Shown here one piece after another: positions 1 to 8,449 of a DNA stretch of 40,980 bases. How positions within the stretch are numbered: position 1 is the first letter of the stretch; each line of letters opens with the position of its first letter. The position numbers and the translations under genes are program-made. A model generated the notes under the pieces. That model worked only from the letters and a program-made list of their open reading frames with translations, was not told where the DNA came from and made no database searches. Origin of the DNA: Candidatus Sulfopaludibacter sp. SbA3 (GTDB taxonomy: Bacteria > Acidobacteriota > Terriglobia > 2-12-FULL-54-10); the NCBI GenBank assembly GCA_945865705.1, contig CAMBEY010000002.1, positions 1 to 40,980 of the forward strand, written 5' to 3'.

Positions 1-576
1 TGCGGAATTTCCCGCACACCGCTAGACAATCTGCGCGCATCCGGACAATTGTTGTCCAGCAAACGTGGGTCAGCTAGCCAGAATCTCCCTACCTTGGATC
101 TTGGGGGAGTACTCTAATTCGTTATTGTGCCACCAAGTGCCTATAGGGAGTTGGAGTACCACTTCCACTACCTGAACATGCGGGAAAAATCCACACCAAG
201 CTGAACCAAATCAATTACTTGATTCAAGAAACGAAGCACTTAAAGGATTGACAAGATCGGTCGATAAGGGTTACGATACATCTCCTCAATTGGGTTTATG
301 GTGGGTCTATGGCAGACAACCAATCTGAATGAGGGGGCTTCTAACCCGACGTACGAGTCAGACGGAGTTTGGAACTAAAATTGCTGAAACTTATGCCTCA
401 GCTTGGCAGCGAATAGGGCGAATGGAAGCTGGAAGAGTTTAGCAAGGGGACCAACGGGGGACCGGTGGTCCGGACTAGCGGTTGGAAGTAGCGTAATTAG
501 GAAAGTGGAATTCGGAAAGAATCATATAGCGAAATGAGCGGCCCGAGATGGGCAGAGAGTTCAAGGAGAAAATAAA

Positions 577-963
577 ATGCCTAGTGCAAGTACTCGTTCT
601 AAGAACAACACCAGCGGTGGAAACCTGAAGCAGTTCAAGCAGATTCTTGAGGATAAGTCCCAGGAGTTGCGCAGCCACATGGGAACTTCGTCCGCCAGCG
701 CCGTGCTGGCCATTCAGGAAGATCCCTATGATTCGGCCGACTGGGCCGAGAAGAGCCATGAAGAGTGGGTCTTCTTGCAGAAAAACACGGTGGACATGGC
801 TCAATTGAAAGAGATTGACGGAGCCTTGGCGCGGATGCGCGAAGGTACCTACGGCACCTGCCAGGATTGCATGCTGCCGATCTCGCGCAAGCGTCTTGAG
901 GCGCTTCCCTGGGCGCATTACTGCGTGTCCTGCCAGGAACGCCGCGCCGCTGGCCAGAACTAG
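577..963 (+). CDS. dksA: DksA/TraR-family C4 zinc-finger protein (RNA-polymerase-binding regulator type)
   Basis: 128-aa ORF. AAGGAG at 563-568 sits 8 nt before the ATG. C-terminal CQDC-x17-CVSC four-cysteine finger. DPYDSA matches the DxxDxA coiled-coil-tip motif. A strong terminator follows. Confidence 0.85.
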   Translation: MPSASTRSKNNTSGGNLKQFKQILEDKSQELRSHMGTSSASAVLAIQEDPYDSADWAEKSHEEWVFLQKNTVDMAQLKEIDGALARMREGTYGTCQDCMLPISRKRLEALPWAHYCVSCQERRAAGQN

Positions 964-1030
964 CTAGCGCTGGAACTGACTTTGCCTGAGTTCCTCGCAG
1001 CGGCTTAACTGAAATCCAGCAATATCATCA

Positions 1031-1076
1031 AGAGGTGAATCTGACATTTGTCGATTCACCTCTTTTTCTTTTTTCT
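1031..1076 (+). terminator. Rho-independent terminator after the dksA-like gene
   Basis: Perfect 11-bp stem AGAGGTGAATC (1031-1041) / GATTCACCTCT (1053-1063), then a T-rich run TTTTTCTTTTTT. Confidence 0.85.
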
Positions 1077-1192
1077 CCTCCCACACCCAAAATTCAGGTA
1101 TGCTGGCCGCCTAAACACTCAGGCAGATGGAAGCGGATAAAGACTCCGTGAGCGGTCCTCGGAATATCTGGCATTCAGCGGGAGGAAAAACC

Positions 1193-3175
1193 ATGCATGG
1201 AATGAGCAAGAAGAGCTTTCTGAAAAGCGCATCTCGATTGCTTGCGGGAGTGGTGTCTATCGGCTTTGCGGCCAGTCTGCACGCACAAGCGCCTGAACTG
1301 ATTTTTCACAATGGCAAGATTCTGACCGTGGACAGCAGCTTCTCCACGGCGCAGGCAGTCGCCGTTACCGGCAACAAAATTTCCGCCGTCGGCGCCAACG
1401 ATGCCGTGCTGGCAACCGCTGGTCCGAGCACGCAGAAGATTGACCTGAAGGGACGCACCATGATCCCCGGCCTGGTCGACACGCATCGTCATATGTATGG
1501 CGCGGCGGAATCCACTTATGGCGGCATGATCCCCATTGAAGATCATCACCGCTTCCTGATTGACTGGCGCGGCGTGAAGACCAAGGACGACGTGCTGGCG
1601 CAGATCAAAGGCCTGATGGAGAAACACAAATTTGCCCCGGGTCGCTGGGTTTACTTCACCAACAATGTGCAGTTCACCGGCGGCGGCGGCGAGAGCGGCA
1701 ACGAAGGTGGCAACCAGCGCCAGAGCGTGCTGACTCCACTCGAGCACGCCAAGATTCTCTACGATCAGTTGAACCAGTGGGAGCTGGACAAAGTAACGCC
1801 CAACAATCCCGTGCTACTCTCCCTCGGCATCCCGGACTTCAACGGCTTCCTGCTGAACAAAGTGGCGATGGATTGGGTGATGACCAATCACGCCGACTTC
1901 GTGAAGAAGAACGGGCGCTTCTGGATCGATCAGGCCGGGCGTCCCGACGGGCATCTGGAGCCGCCCGCCAGCCGCCTGGTGCTGCCTTTCACATATGACC
2001 GCAACCCGGCGCAACTGGCCATCATGTACGAGAAGAACATGTACGAGAACCTGGCCATGGGCATGACCGCCATCGCCACGCGCATGCCCAACGATTCCAA
2101 GGCCGCCTACAAATTGCTGGAGAGCCAGGGGAAACTCCACTGGCGCATCGGCGTGGGCGTCATCGAAGCCTTCGGCAACGGCAAGCCGCTGACCCCTGCG
2201 GTGATGAAGGAATACGCGGCGCAGATTGGCACCGGCACCGACAAGGTATGGATCACCGGCGTCGGCCCCACCGCCGTTGACGGCGTTACCAGCCGCGCCT
2301 GCACCGACCAAAAACGCACCGGAACGTACACCGCCATCGATAGCTGGTTCCCCGTCGGCCAGTGCCACATGGACGCCGAGTATCGCGGCTCGCCGAAACG
2401 CTCCTCGGCCATCTCGGAGAATTACTATCGCAACTGGGTGATGGCCAGCGGACGCGATGGCGTGCGCTTTGCCAACGTTCACGTCGCGGGCGATCGCGGC
2501 ACCGGCCTGCTGCTTAACGCCGTTGAACAGATACAGCAGCAGTATGGTCCCAACGCGACGAAGGACTGGGCGTTCGATCATTGCGACATGGTCAATCCGC
2601 GCGACTTCCCGCGCCTGGCCAAACTGAAGATCACCGTGAGCTGTTACGTGCTGCGCTCGGTGAACAACTCCGGCAACATCGAGACCGCATACGGCACGCA
2701 GGTCGCCAACACTTTCCCGTCGCCGCTCGCCAGCATGGTGAAGGCTGGCGCGCGCGTAGTGCTGGAGAGCGACTCCAACTCTTATCTGTGGGACGACCTG
2801 CGCGCCGCAGTTACGCGCAAGGATCGCAACGGCAAGGTGTGGGCACCGCAGGAGAAAGTTGATCGCCCTACGGCCCTGCGCATGTTGACCAACTGGGCTG
2901 CCGAGTACGTCCTGAAGGGCGACAAGATCGGCACGATCGAAAAGGGCAAGTACGCGGATATGGTCGTTCTCGACAAGGATTATCTGACCATGCCCGAGGA
3001 CGACATCGCCACCATCGCCCCGCAAGTAACGGTGATGGACGGCAAGATCGTCTACGTGCACAAGCACTTCGCCACCGAATATAATCTTCGCCCCGCGGGC
3101 GCCGTGGTCTCATCCTATGAGGACATGGTGAAGTCGCGCCAGCCGCGCGCCAACGTCGGCGGCATGGGCGGCTAG
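1193..3175 (+). CDS. Secreted metal-dependent amidohydrolase (Amidohydro_3-like), paralog 1
   Basis: The frame is open from 1127, but GGAGGA at 1181-1186 precedes ATG 1193. Signal peptide ends ...ASLHA/QAPE. HxH metal motif VDTHRHMY. Shares long blocks (GIPDFNGFLLN, MASGRDGVRF, VVLESDS) with the ORFs at 11795 and 16624. Confidence 0.85.
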   Translation: MHGMSKKSFLKSASRLLAGVVSIGFAASLHAQAPELIFHNGKILTVDSSFSTAQAVAVTGNKISAVGANDAVLATAGPSTQKIDLKGRTMIPGLVDTHRHMYGAAESTYGGMIPIEDHHRFLIDWRGVKTKDDVLAQIKGLMEKHKFAPGRWVYFTNNVQFTGGGGESGNEGGNQRQSVLTPLEHAKILYDQLNQWELDKVTPNNPVLLSLGIPDFNGFLLNKVAMDWVMTNHADFVKKNGRFWIDQAGRPDGHLEPPASRLVLPFTYDRNPAQLAIMYEKNMYENLAMGMTAIATRMPNDSKAAYKLLESQGKLHWRIGVGVIEAFGNGKPLTPAVMKEYAAQIGTGTDKVWITGVGPTAVDGVTSRACTDQKRTGTYTAIDSWFPVGQCHMDAEYRGSPKRSSAISENYYRNWVMASGRDGVRFANVHVAGDRGTGLLLNAVEQIQQQYGPNATKDWAFDHCDMVNPRDFPRLAKLKITVSCYVLRSVNNSGNIETAYGTQVANTFPSPLASMVKAGARVVLESDSNSYLWDDLRAAVTRKDRNGKVWAPQEKVDRPTALRMLTNWAAEYVLKGDKIGTIEKGKYADMVVLDKDYLTMPEDDIATIAPQVTVMDGKIVYVHKHFATEYNLRPAGAVVSSYEDMVKSRQPRANVGGMGG

Positions 3176-3278
3176 GCGCTAAACCGGTTGCAAAGTTTGT
3201 GTAATGGGAAGCACGGGAAGCCACAGTGAGTGTTTTGCTCGCTATGGCTGGAATCCAAGCTAAGCAGGGGCAACTGTA

Positions 3279-3695
3279 ATGATTAAGACAATCTCTCTAC
3301 TGCCCGGCGAGCAAGTCGTAACAAGCTCCGACAATGATATCCTGACGCTCACGACTAAACGCATCCGCTACGATTCCGCTAGTTTGGGGAGTTCTAATTT
3401 CATCAGCATCACCCTCGATTCAGTTGCCTCGTGCGGCCTTGTGACAAAATCGTATCCCCTTTTGCTGGTACTCGCCGCCGCCGCGGTCATTGGCTGCTTC
3501 TCTCAGCAAGGCGACGCGAAGTGGGTATTCTTTGGCGCGGCGGTTGTCATGGCAATCGCCTATTTCCTCACCCGTCAGGCCGCCATATCCATTGCCTCCA
3601 ACGGCGGACAGACCATCCTAGTGCCGGCAAAGAGCATGAGCCGCGAATCCATTATTGAATTTCTCGATGCCGTCGAACGCGAAAAACTCAATTGA
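3279..3695 (+). CDS. Small membrane protein of unknown function (two predicted TM helices inside a PH-like soluble fold)
   Basis: 138-aa ORF with ATG start. Hydrophobic hairpin LLLVLAAAAVIGCF / VFFGAAVVMAIAYFL. The N-terminal LLPGEQVV...LTTKRIRY resembles bacterial PH-domain starts. No recognisable catalytic motif and only a weak SD. Confidence 0.55.
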   Translation: MIKTISLLPGEQVVTSSDNDILTLTTKRIRYDSASLGSSNFISITLDSVASCGLVTKSYPLLLVLAAAAVIGCFSQQGDAKWVFFGAAVVMAIAYFLTRQAAISIASNGGQTILVPAKSMSRESIIEFLDAVEREKLN

Positions 3696-3717
3696 AGATT
3701 GCTCCCGCAGGAGTGTG

Positions 3718-4023
3718 CTATGCAGATTCGTGCAGCGGTGTGGCGGGCCGCTGGGGGATGTGCTTGATGGCGGCGCCCAGTTGCTGGCGGGCGAGGTCCA
3801 AGTCGTAGATCTTTTGCAGGTTCATCCAGAAATCGGCTTCCATGCGGAAATGGCGGGCCAGGCGCAAGGCGGTGTCGGCGCTGATCGCGCGTTTGCCCGC
3901 GATGATCTGCGAGATGCGGTTCGGCGGCACCTCGATGGTGCGGGCGAGCTGCGCTGCGGAGATTTCCATCTCCTGCAATTCGTCGGCGAGAATTTCGCCA
4001 GGGTGGATCGGCGTGCGAGCCAT
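3718..4023 (-). CDS. higA: HigA-family antitoxin (XRE-type helix-turn-helix)
   Basis: 101 aa. PIHPGEILADELQEMEISAAQLARTIEVPPNRISQIIAGKRAISADTALRLARHF is a typical HigA antidote HTH. The gene lies 16 nt downstream of higB on the same strand. Confidence 0.9.
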   Translation of the reverse strand: MARTPIHPGEILADELQEMEISAAQLARTIEVPPNRISQIIAGKRAISADTALRLARHFRMEADFWMNLQKIYDLDLARQQLGAAIKHIPQRPATPLHESA

Positions 4024-4039
4024 AATGTAGTTTCCCCTT

Positions 4040-4324
4040 CTAGTGGTAATCCACTATTGCAACGTCTTCAGCTCCGTCCGCACCCGCAGGCCAGGCAAAG
4101 CAGATGCGCCACTGGCTGTTGATGCGTATGCTGTACTGTCCTTTTCTGTCGCCGGACAAGGCTTCCAGGCGATTGCTCGGCAATTGCGCCAGGCTGCGGA
4201 GAGACGGGGCGGCTTCCAGAACGCGCAGGCGTTTCTCCGCCTGATGCTTGAATCCGTCAAATGCCGGGACGCGGTCGCCATCAGCAAACCGTTCTGTTTT
4301 CCTGTCGCTGAAGCTCCGAATCAC
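4040..4324 (-). CDS. higB: HigB-family toxin (RelE/ParE superfamily, plasmid-maintenance killer type)
   Basis: 94 aa with GTG start. MIRSF...ERF N-terminus, then QYSIRINSQWRICF and VAIVDYH, typical of HigB. Toxin-first gene order as in higBA. Confidence 0.85.
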   Translation of the reverse strand: MIRSFSDRKTERFADGDRVPAFDGFKHQAEKRLRVLEAAPSLRSLAQLPSNRLEALSGDRKGQYSIRINSQWRICFAWPAGADGAEDVAIVDYH

Positions 4325-4331
4325 GCTTCAA

Positions 4332-4360
4332 ATATAATCACATAATACGCGGTACGTCAA
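4332..4360 (-). promoter_or_regulatory. Candidate sigma70-type promoter of higBA (near-leaderless)
   Basis: Minus strand reads TTGACG (4360-4355), a 17-nt spacer, then TTATAT (4337-4332), preceded by TGA (extended -10 like). The -10 ends only 7 nt before the GTG at 4324, and no SD is visible. Confidence 0.4.
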
Positions 4361-4432
4361 GTGTACAGAAACGGCAAAAGCCACGGTACTGATAAAGCGC
4401 GCCGGGGCTCATCCAAGCAATGTATGCCCCAA

Positions 4433-4458
4433 GGCACGGGCCGCCGTGCCCTTTTTCC
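4433..4458 (+). terminator. Orphan intrinsic terminator in the higB/TBDR intergenic region
   Basis: GGCACGG (4433-4439), loop GCCG, CCGTGCC (4444-4450), then CTTTTTCC. It is + oriented, but there is no + strand CDS upstream of it. Confidence 0.6.
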
Positions 4459-4486
4459 TGCCTCTTTTTATCGACCTATTTATAGA

Positions 4487-4515
4487 TTGACACCACCGGC
4501 TGGCGCTGCCATAAT
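4487..4515 (+). promoter_or_regulatory. Near-consensus promoter of TonB-dependent receptor 1
   Basis: TTGACA (4487-4492), 17-nt spacer, CATAAT (4510-4515), preceded by TGC (extended -10). A near-identical module lies at 8317-8345. Confidence 0.65.
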
Positions 4516-4631
4516 CCGCGCAGTTGGGTTGGACGCGTCCGGGTGAATACCGATGGACGGCCCTCAGTTGCTTATAACTCGATCTCACAACGAACCGCTC
4601 AGGCGCGCAGTCTGAAAAGGTGGAGGTGTCT

Positions 4632-7600
4632 ATGCAAGGATCGATCACAGTATTAAGTCGGTATGGGTCTCGCCTCGCGGCAGCAGTTTTGCTGGGAGCC
4701 ATCGCGCTGGGCGCGCTGGGCCCGCTGGGCCCGCTGAGTATGAGTAGCTCGCTGTGGGCGCAGACCACGGCCACGATTTTGGGCACGGTGAAGGATCAAT
4801 CCGGAGCGGTGCTGCCCGGCGCGGAAGTAACCGCGACCAACACGGAGACCGGCATCGCCCGCGTAACCGCGGCGGGGGCGCGCGGCGAATTCCGCCTCGC
4901 CGCGATGACCGTGGGAAGTTACACCGTGCAGGCCACCATGACCGGCTTCCAGTCCAGGTTGCGCAGCGGCATCACGCTGTCCATTGGCCGCGAGGCCGTG
5001 GTGGACTTCACGCTCTCGGTCGGCAACGTCTCCGAGCAAGTAACGGTTACCGGCGAAGCGCCGATGATTGAGACGACCACGGCGACCGTCAGCGGCTTGA
5101 TCGATCCCAAGCAGATGCGCGAAATTCCTTTGAACGCCCGCAGCTTCATCGAGCTGGTGCCCCTGCAGGCCGGCGCCGTGTATTCGGAATCAGCCGAGCG
5201 CAGCGCCTCGAAGGGTTTTGGCGTGAAGGTCTCCATCAGCGGCACGCGTTATAACGGCAATGCATTCCTGCTCGATGGCGCCAACGTGAATGACATGGCG
5301 GGCAGCGCGGGCAGCGCCGCCGGCACCCTGGCGGGCGTGGAAACGGTGCGCGAATTCAAGATCATCACCAACGCCTTCGACGCCGAGTACGGGAACCATG
5401 TGGGCGGGGTGGTCAGCGCGGTTACCAAGTCCGGGACCAACACTTTGCACGGCTCGCTATTTGAGTTCTTCCGCAACGACGTGCTGGACGCCCCGGATTT
5501 CGACGACAACCGCCTGACCGCCGGCAAAAAGCCGCCTTACCGCCGCAATCAATATGGCGGATCGATTGGCGGCCCGGTAAAGAAGAACTCCATCTTCTTC
5601 TTCGGCAGCTATGAAGCGCTGCGCGAATCGGTGGGCGCCCCGGGTGAATATGTAATGCCGGGACCGGAGCTTCGTCAAGGCTGCGTCCCGGTAACTTCCG
5701 GCGCCAGCCCCAACGTGGTCCGGGCCAGCTACAATTGCTACAACGCAGCCGGCGCGCAGGTGCCCACCGCTTTGACCGCCCCCTTAACCGGCGTGGTAAA
5801 TCCCCGGACGCTGCCATTCATGAACTTGTATCCCGCAGCCAATACTCCCTGCTCGGCGAACTGCTTCGCGGGCAATCCGTTCTGGTCGGCCAACGGAACC
5901 GGCATCTTCACCCGCGCGGAATCGCGCATCACCAATCAGGATTTCGTCACTGGCCGCGGCGACGTGCGCCTTTCCGACGACGACAGCTTCTTCTTCCGCT
6001 ACACGCAGGACATCGCGGACGTTACAGATCCCGGTTTTGAAACAGCGGAGATTTCCAGCACCCACAATCGCTATATCACGCTGGAAGAGACGCACATTTT
6101 CTCGCCCACGCTGCTGGGCCGCACCCATTTCTCGTTTGTGCGCACCCCCATGGGCCTGAAGGATGTCAGTTTGAAGTCGCTGGGACTGGCAGATTACGAG
6201 TTGCTGGCCTGCGCGACGTGTGCTGGCTTCACCAACAGTTTCACCGGCAATGACGTCCCCGGTGCCGTGGTTCCCGGCCTGATTACCTCCACGGGCGGAG
6301 ACAGCACGAATCCCAAGGTGCATAATCTGAATACGTTCCAGTTTCAGGAGGGGATCACCTATAGCGTTGGCCGCCACAGCCTAAAGTTCGGCGGCAGTTT
6401 CCAGCGGAACCAGTTCAACCAGCGCTCGGACTTTTTCTCCGGCGGCAGCTTCAATTTCAGCTCCATTGATGAATTCATCATTGCCAACGTGAATACCTTC
6501 AGCACCACCGCGCCGGGCTCGGACAACAATCGCGGCTGGCGGATGAACCTAATGGGGATGTACCTTCAGGATGACATCAGCCTGCGGCCCGGGCTGACCC
6601 TCAACGTGGGCCTGCGCTACGAGTTCATCACCACGCCGTGGGAAGTGAACGGCAAAGTGTCGCAGATTCGCCGTCTCGACGAAGCCTACTTTTATAGCGT
6701 GAAGCCGGAGCAAACGGATGTCGGGGATCCTTTCTTCCTGAATCCGTCGTTGAAAAACTTTGCCCCTCGCGTGGGCGCGGCTTGGACGCCATTTGCCAGC
6801 GGCAAGACCGCCATCCGCGCAGGCGGCGGAATTTTTCATGAACAGCTCACCCAGGGCCTGTTCCAGACCGGAGGAGTTCGCCTGGCGCCGTTCTACTCAG
6901 CCGCGGTGTTGAGCCAGGCCACCTTCCGGGAAGCCACCGGCGTGCCGATCTCGTTCCCCGACGCCTACCAAAGCCAGAATGCCCTCTTAACCAAGGGTGG
7001 CGGCTTGCCGCAGGCCGATGGATTCCAGTGGAATATCGATCAGCCGACGGTGTACAAGTTCAGCGCAACCATCCAGCAGCAATTGTTCGCCGATACCACT
7101 TTAGAAGTGGGCTACGCGGGAACGCGCGGGGTCCACAACACGCGCGGGAACATGCTCTTAAACACTACTCCGGTGAATGAGGTGCCCGCGCTGGGCGGCC
7201 AGTTTATCTTCGTGGAGCAGCCTCTGCCCAACCCCAATTGGGACCGCATGCGCTGGCGCATGAGCGACGGAACTTCCTGGTATAACGCGCTGCTGGTGAC
7301 CGTCTCCAAGCGCTTCAGCCGAGGATTTCAAGTGGGGAGTTCGTACACCTTCTCGAAGTCGCTGGATGACAGCTCCACCTTCTCTGGTGGTTCGGACTTC
7401 GGCGGCACGGACACGCTGGGCGTCCGCAGACAACACTGGAAGGGGCGCTCGGCATTCGACGTCAGCCATAGCTGGAGCACCAACTTCCAATACGAATTGC
7501 CCGGCAAGGATATGTCCGGCATTGCGGGGAAAATCCTGGGCGGATGGAACCTCGGCGGCGTGCTGCGCGCCTTTAGCGGCAATCCGGTAACGCCGAGCGC

Positions 7601-8168
7601 CACGCGATCCGCTTTGAACCGCCTGGGCACGGGAGCCTTGACCAACAACGGCGGGACCACCACATGTACGGCCGCGCAACGAACCGCGGGCTGTGTCACC
7701 AATGTGATCACCTATGTGGCCGGCAGCACCGTGAACCTGGCCCCGGGCGTTACCCGCCTGGAGATCAATCCCGGCAGCCGCACCCAGTACATCAATCCAG
7801 CGGACTTGGCTTGGCCGGGGACGTTCCAGAATGGTTCGGCTCCGCTTAACTATCCAGGTGCGGGAAGGAATGGCGCGGCGGGCGGGCTGGTGGCCATCGG
7901 CAACATCGGAAGAAACGTCATCACGGTTCCCGGCAACTTCAATCTGGACCTCTCCCTGCGCAAGGATACGGCGATGCCGATGCTGGGCGAACAGGGCAAG
8001 ATGGAGTTCCGCTTTGAACTGTTCAACGCTCCGAATCACACCCGGCTGGGACTCCCCGGCATCGCGCTGTTCAACAACCGCGGCGAGCCGAACGTCAATG
8101 CCGGCATCATCGCCGATTCCCGCGGCAACTCACGCCAGATGCAGCTTTCACTGCGCATGGTGTTCTAA
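4632..8168 (+). CDS. TonB-dependent receptor with N-terminal carboxypeptidase-regulatory-like domain, paralog 1
   Basis: ATG 4632 sits 5 nt after GGAGG (the frame is open from GTG 4620). Signal peptide ends LWA/QTT. N-domain ILGTVKDQSGAVLPGAEV. Plug-like NARSFIELVPLQAGAV. Long beta-barrel ending in the terminal aromatic ...LSLRMVF. Confidence 0.9.
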   Translation: MQGSITVLSRYGSRLAAAVLLGAIALGALGPLGPLSMSSSLWAQTTATILGTVKDQSGAVLPGAEVTATNTETGIARVTAAGARGEFRLAAMTVGSYTVQATMTGFQSRLRSGITLSIGREAVVDFTLSVGNVSEQVTVTGEAPMIETTTATVSGLIDPKQMREIPLNARSFIELVPLQAGAVYSESAERSASKGFGVKVSISGTRYNGNAFLLDGANVNDMAGSAGSAAGTLAGVETVREFKIITNAFDAEYGNHVGGVVSAVTKSGTNTLHGSLFEFFRNDVLDAPDFDDNRLTAGKKPPYRRNQYGGSIGGPVKKNSIFFFGSYEALRESVGAPGEYVMPGPELRQGCVPVTSGASPNVVRASYNCYNAAGAQVPTALTAPLTGVVNPRTLPFMNLYPAANTPCSANCFAGNPFWSANGTGIFTRAESRITNQDFVTGRGDVRLSDDDSFFFRYTQDIADVTDPGFETAEISSTHNRYITLEETHIFSPTLLGRTHFSFVRTPMGLKDVSLKSLGLADYELLACATCAGFTNSFTGNDVPGAVVPGLITSTGGDSTNPKVHNLNTFQFQEGITYSVGRHSLKFGGSFQRNQFNQRSDFFSGGSFNFSSIDEFIIANVNTFSTTAPGSDNNRGWRMNLMGMYLQDDISLRPGLTLNVGLRYEFITTPWEVNGKVSQIRRLDEAYFYSVKPEQTDVGDPFFLNPSLKNFAPRVGAAWTPFASGKTAIRAGGGIFHEQLTQGLFQTGGVRLAPFYSAAVLSQATFREATGVPISFPDAYQSQNALLTKGGGLPQADGFQWNIDQPTVYKFSATIQQQLFADTTLEVGYAGTRGVHNTRGNMLLNTTPVNEVPALGGQFIFVEQPLPNPNWDRMRWRMSDGTSWYNALLVTVSKRFSRGFQVGSSYTFSKSLDDSSTFSGGSDFGGTDTLGVRRQHWKGRSAFDVSHSWSTNFQYELPGKDMSGIAGKILGGWNLGGVLRAFSGNPVTPSATRSALNRLGTGALTNNGGTTTCTAAQRTAGCVTNVITYVAGSTVNLAPGVTRLEINPGSRTQYINPADLAWPGTFQNGSAPLNYPGAGRNGAAGGLVAIGNIGRNVITVPGNFNLDLSLRKDTAMPMLGEQGKMEFRFELFNAPNHTRLGLPGIALFNNRGEPNVNAGIIADSRGNSRQMQLSLRMVF
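4704..4739 (+). repeat. In-frame 9-bp tandem repeat x4 inside the TBDR1 signal peptide
   Basis: GCGCTGGGC GCGCTGGGC CCGCTGGGC CCGCTGAGT, encoding ALG-ALG-PLG-PLS. Confidence 0.9.
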
Positions 8169-8193
8169 AGGCTCAACTCTGCGCTGCTTATTT

Positions 8194-8245
8194 CCCGGCC
8201 CTTCTTCTATCCTGCGGGATGGGAAGAAGGGCTGGGTTGTGTTTG
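8194..8245 (+). terminator. Intrinsic terminator after TBDR1
   Basis: 14-bp stem CCCGGCCCTTCTTC (8194-8207) / GAAGAAGGGCTGGG (8223-8236) with one G-U pair, then TTGTGTTTG. Confidence 0.7.
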
Positions 8246-8316
8246 ATGGGCGGTATCGCCCATCTCATGCCCTGCTCCTGTTGATGCCGCGCAATTTCCG
8301 CCGCCAATTTTCCCGA

Positions 8317-8345
8317 TTGACATCAACCAGGTGCGCTGCCATAAT
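8317..8345 (+). promoter_or_regulatory. Near-consensus promoter of TonB-dependent receptor 2 (duplicate of the 4487-4515 module)
   Basis: TTGACA (8317-8322), 17-nt spacer, CATAAT (8340-8345). The block GCGCTGCCATAATCCGC is identical to that at 4503-4519. Confidence 0.65.
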
Positions 8346-8449
8346 CCGCCCAACTAATGAATACAAAGACTTGGCGCGTATTTGCATCCGGTGCTTGTGC
8401 CGTGGCTTTCAGCTGGCAGGCCAACCACCGATCCCAAGGAGGGATGTCC

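Noticed and set aside
1814-3067. 417-aa minus-strand ORF antisense to amidohydrolase 1. Similar long antisense or off-frame ORFs occur at 7158-8039, 8957-9670, 11813-12514, 17104-17736, 24796-25596, 33528-34283 and elsewhere.
   Set aside because: These are typical stop-codon-poor shadow frames of GC-rich genes. The translations are Arg/Ala/Gly/His-rich low-complexity sequence with no motifs. Each lies fully inside a gene whose sense frame has strong family signatures.
4361-4546. 61-aa ORF in the higB/TBDR1 intergenic region
   Set aside because: It spans an intrinsic terminator and the TBDR1 promoter, has no SD, and its composition looks non-coding.
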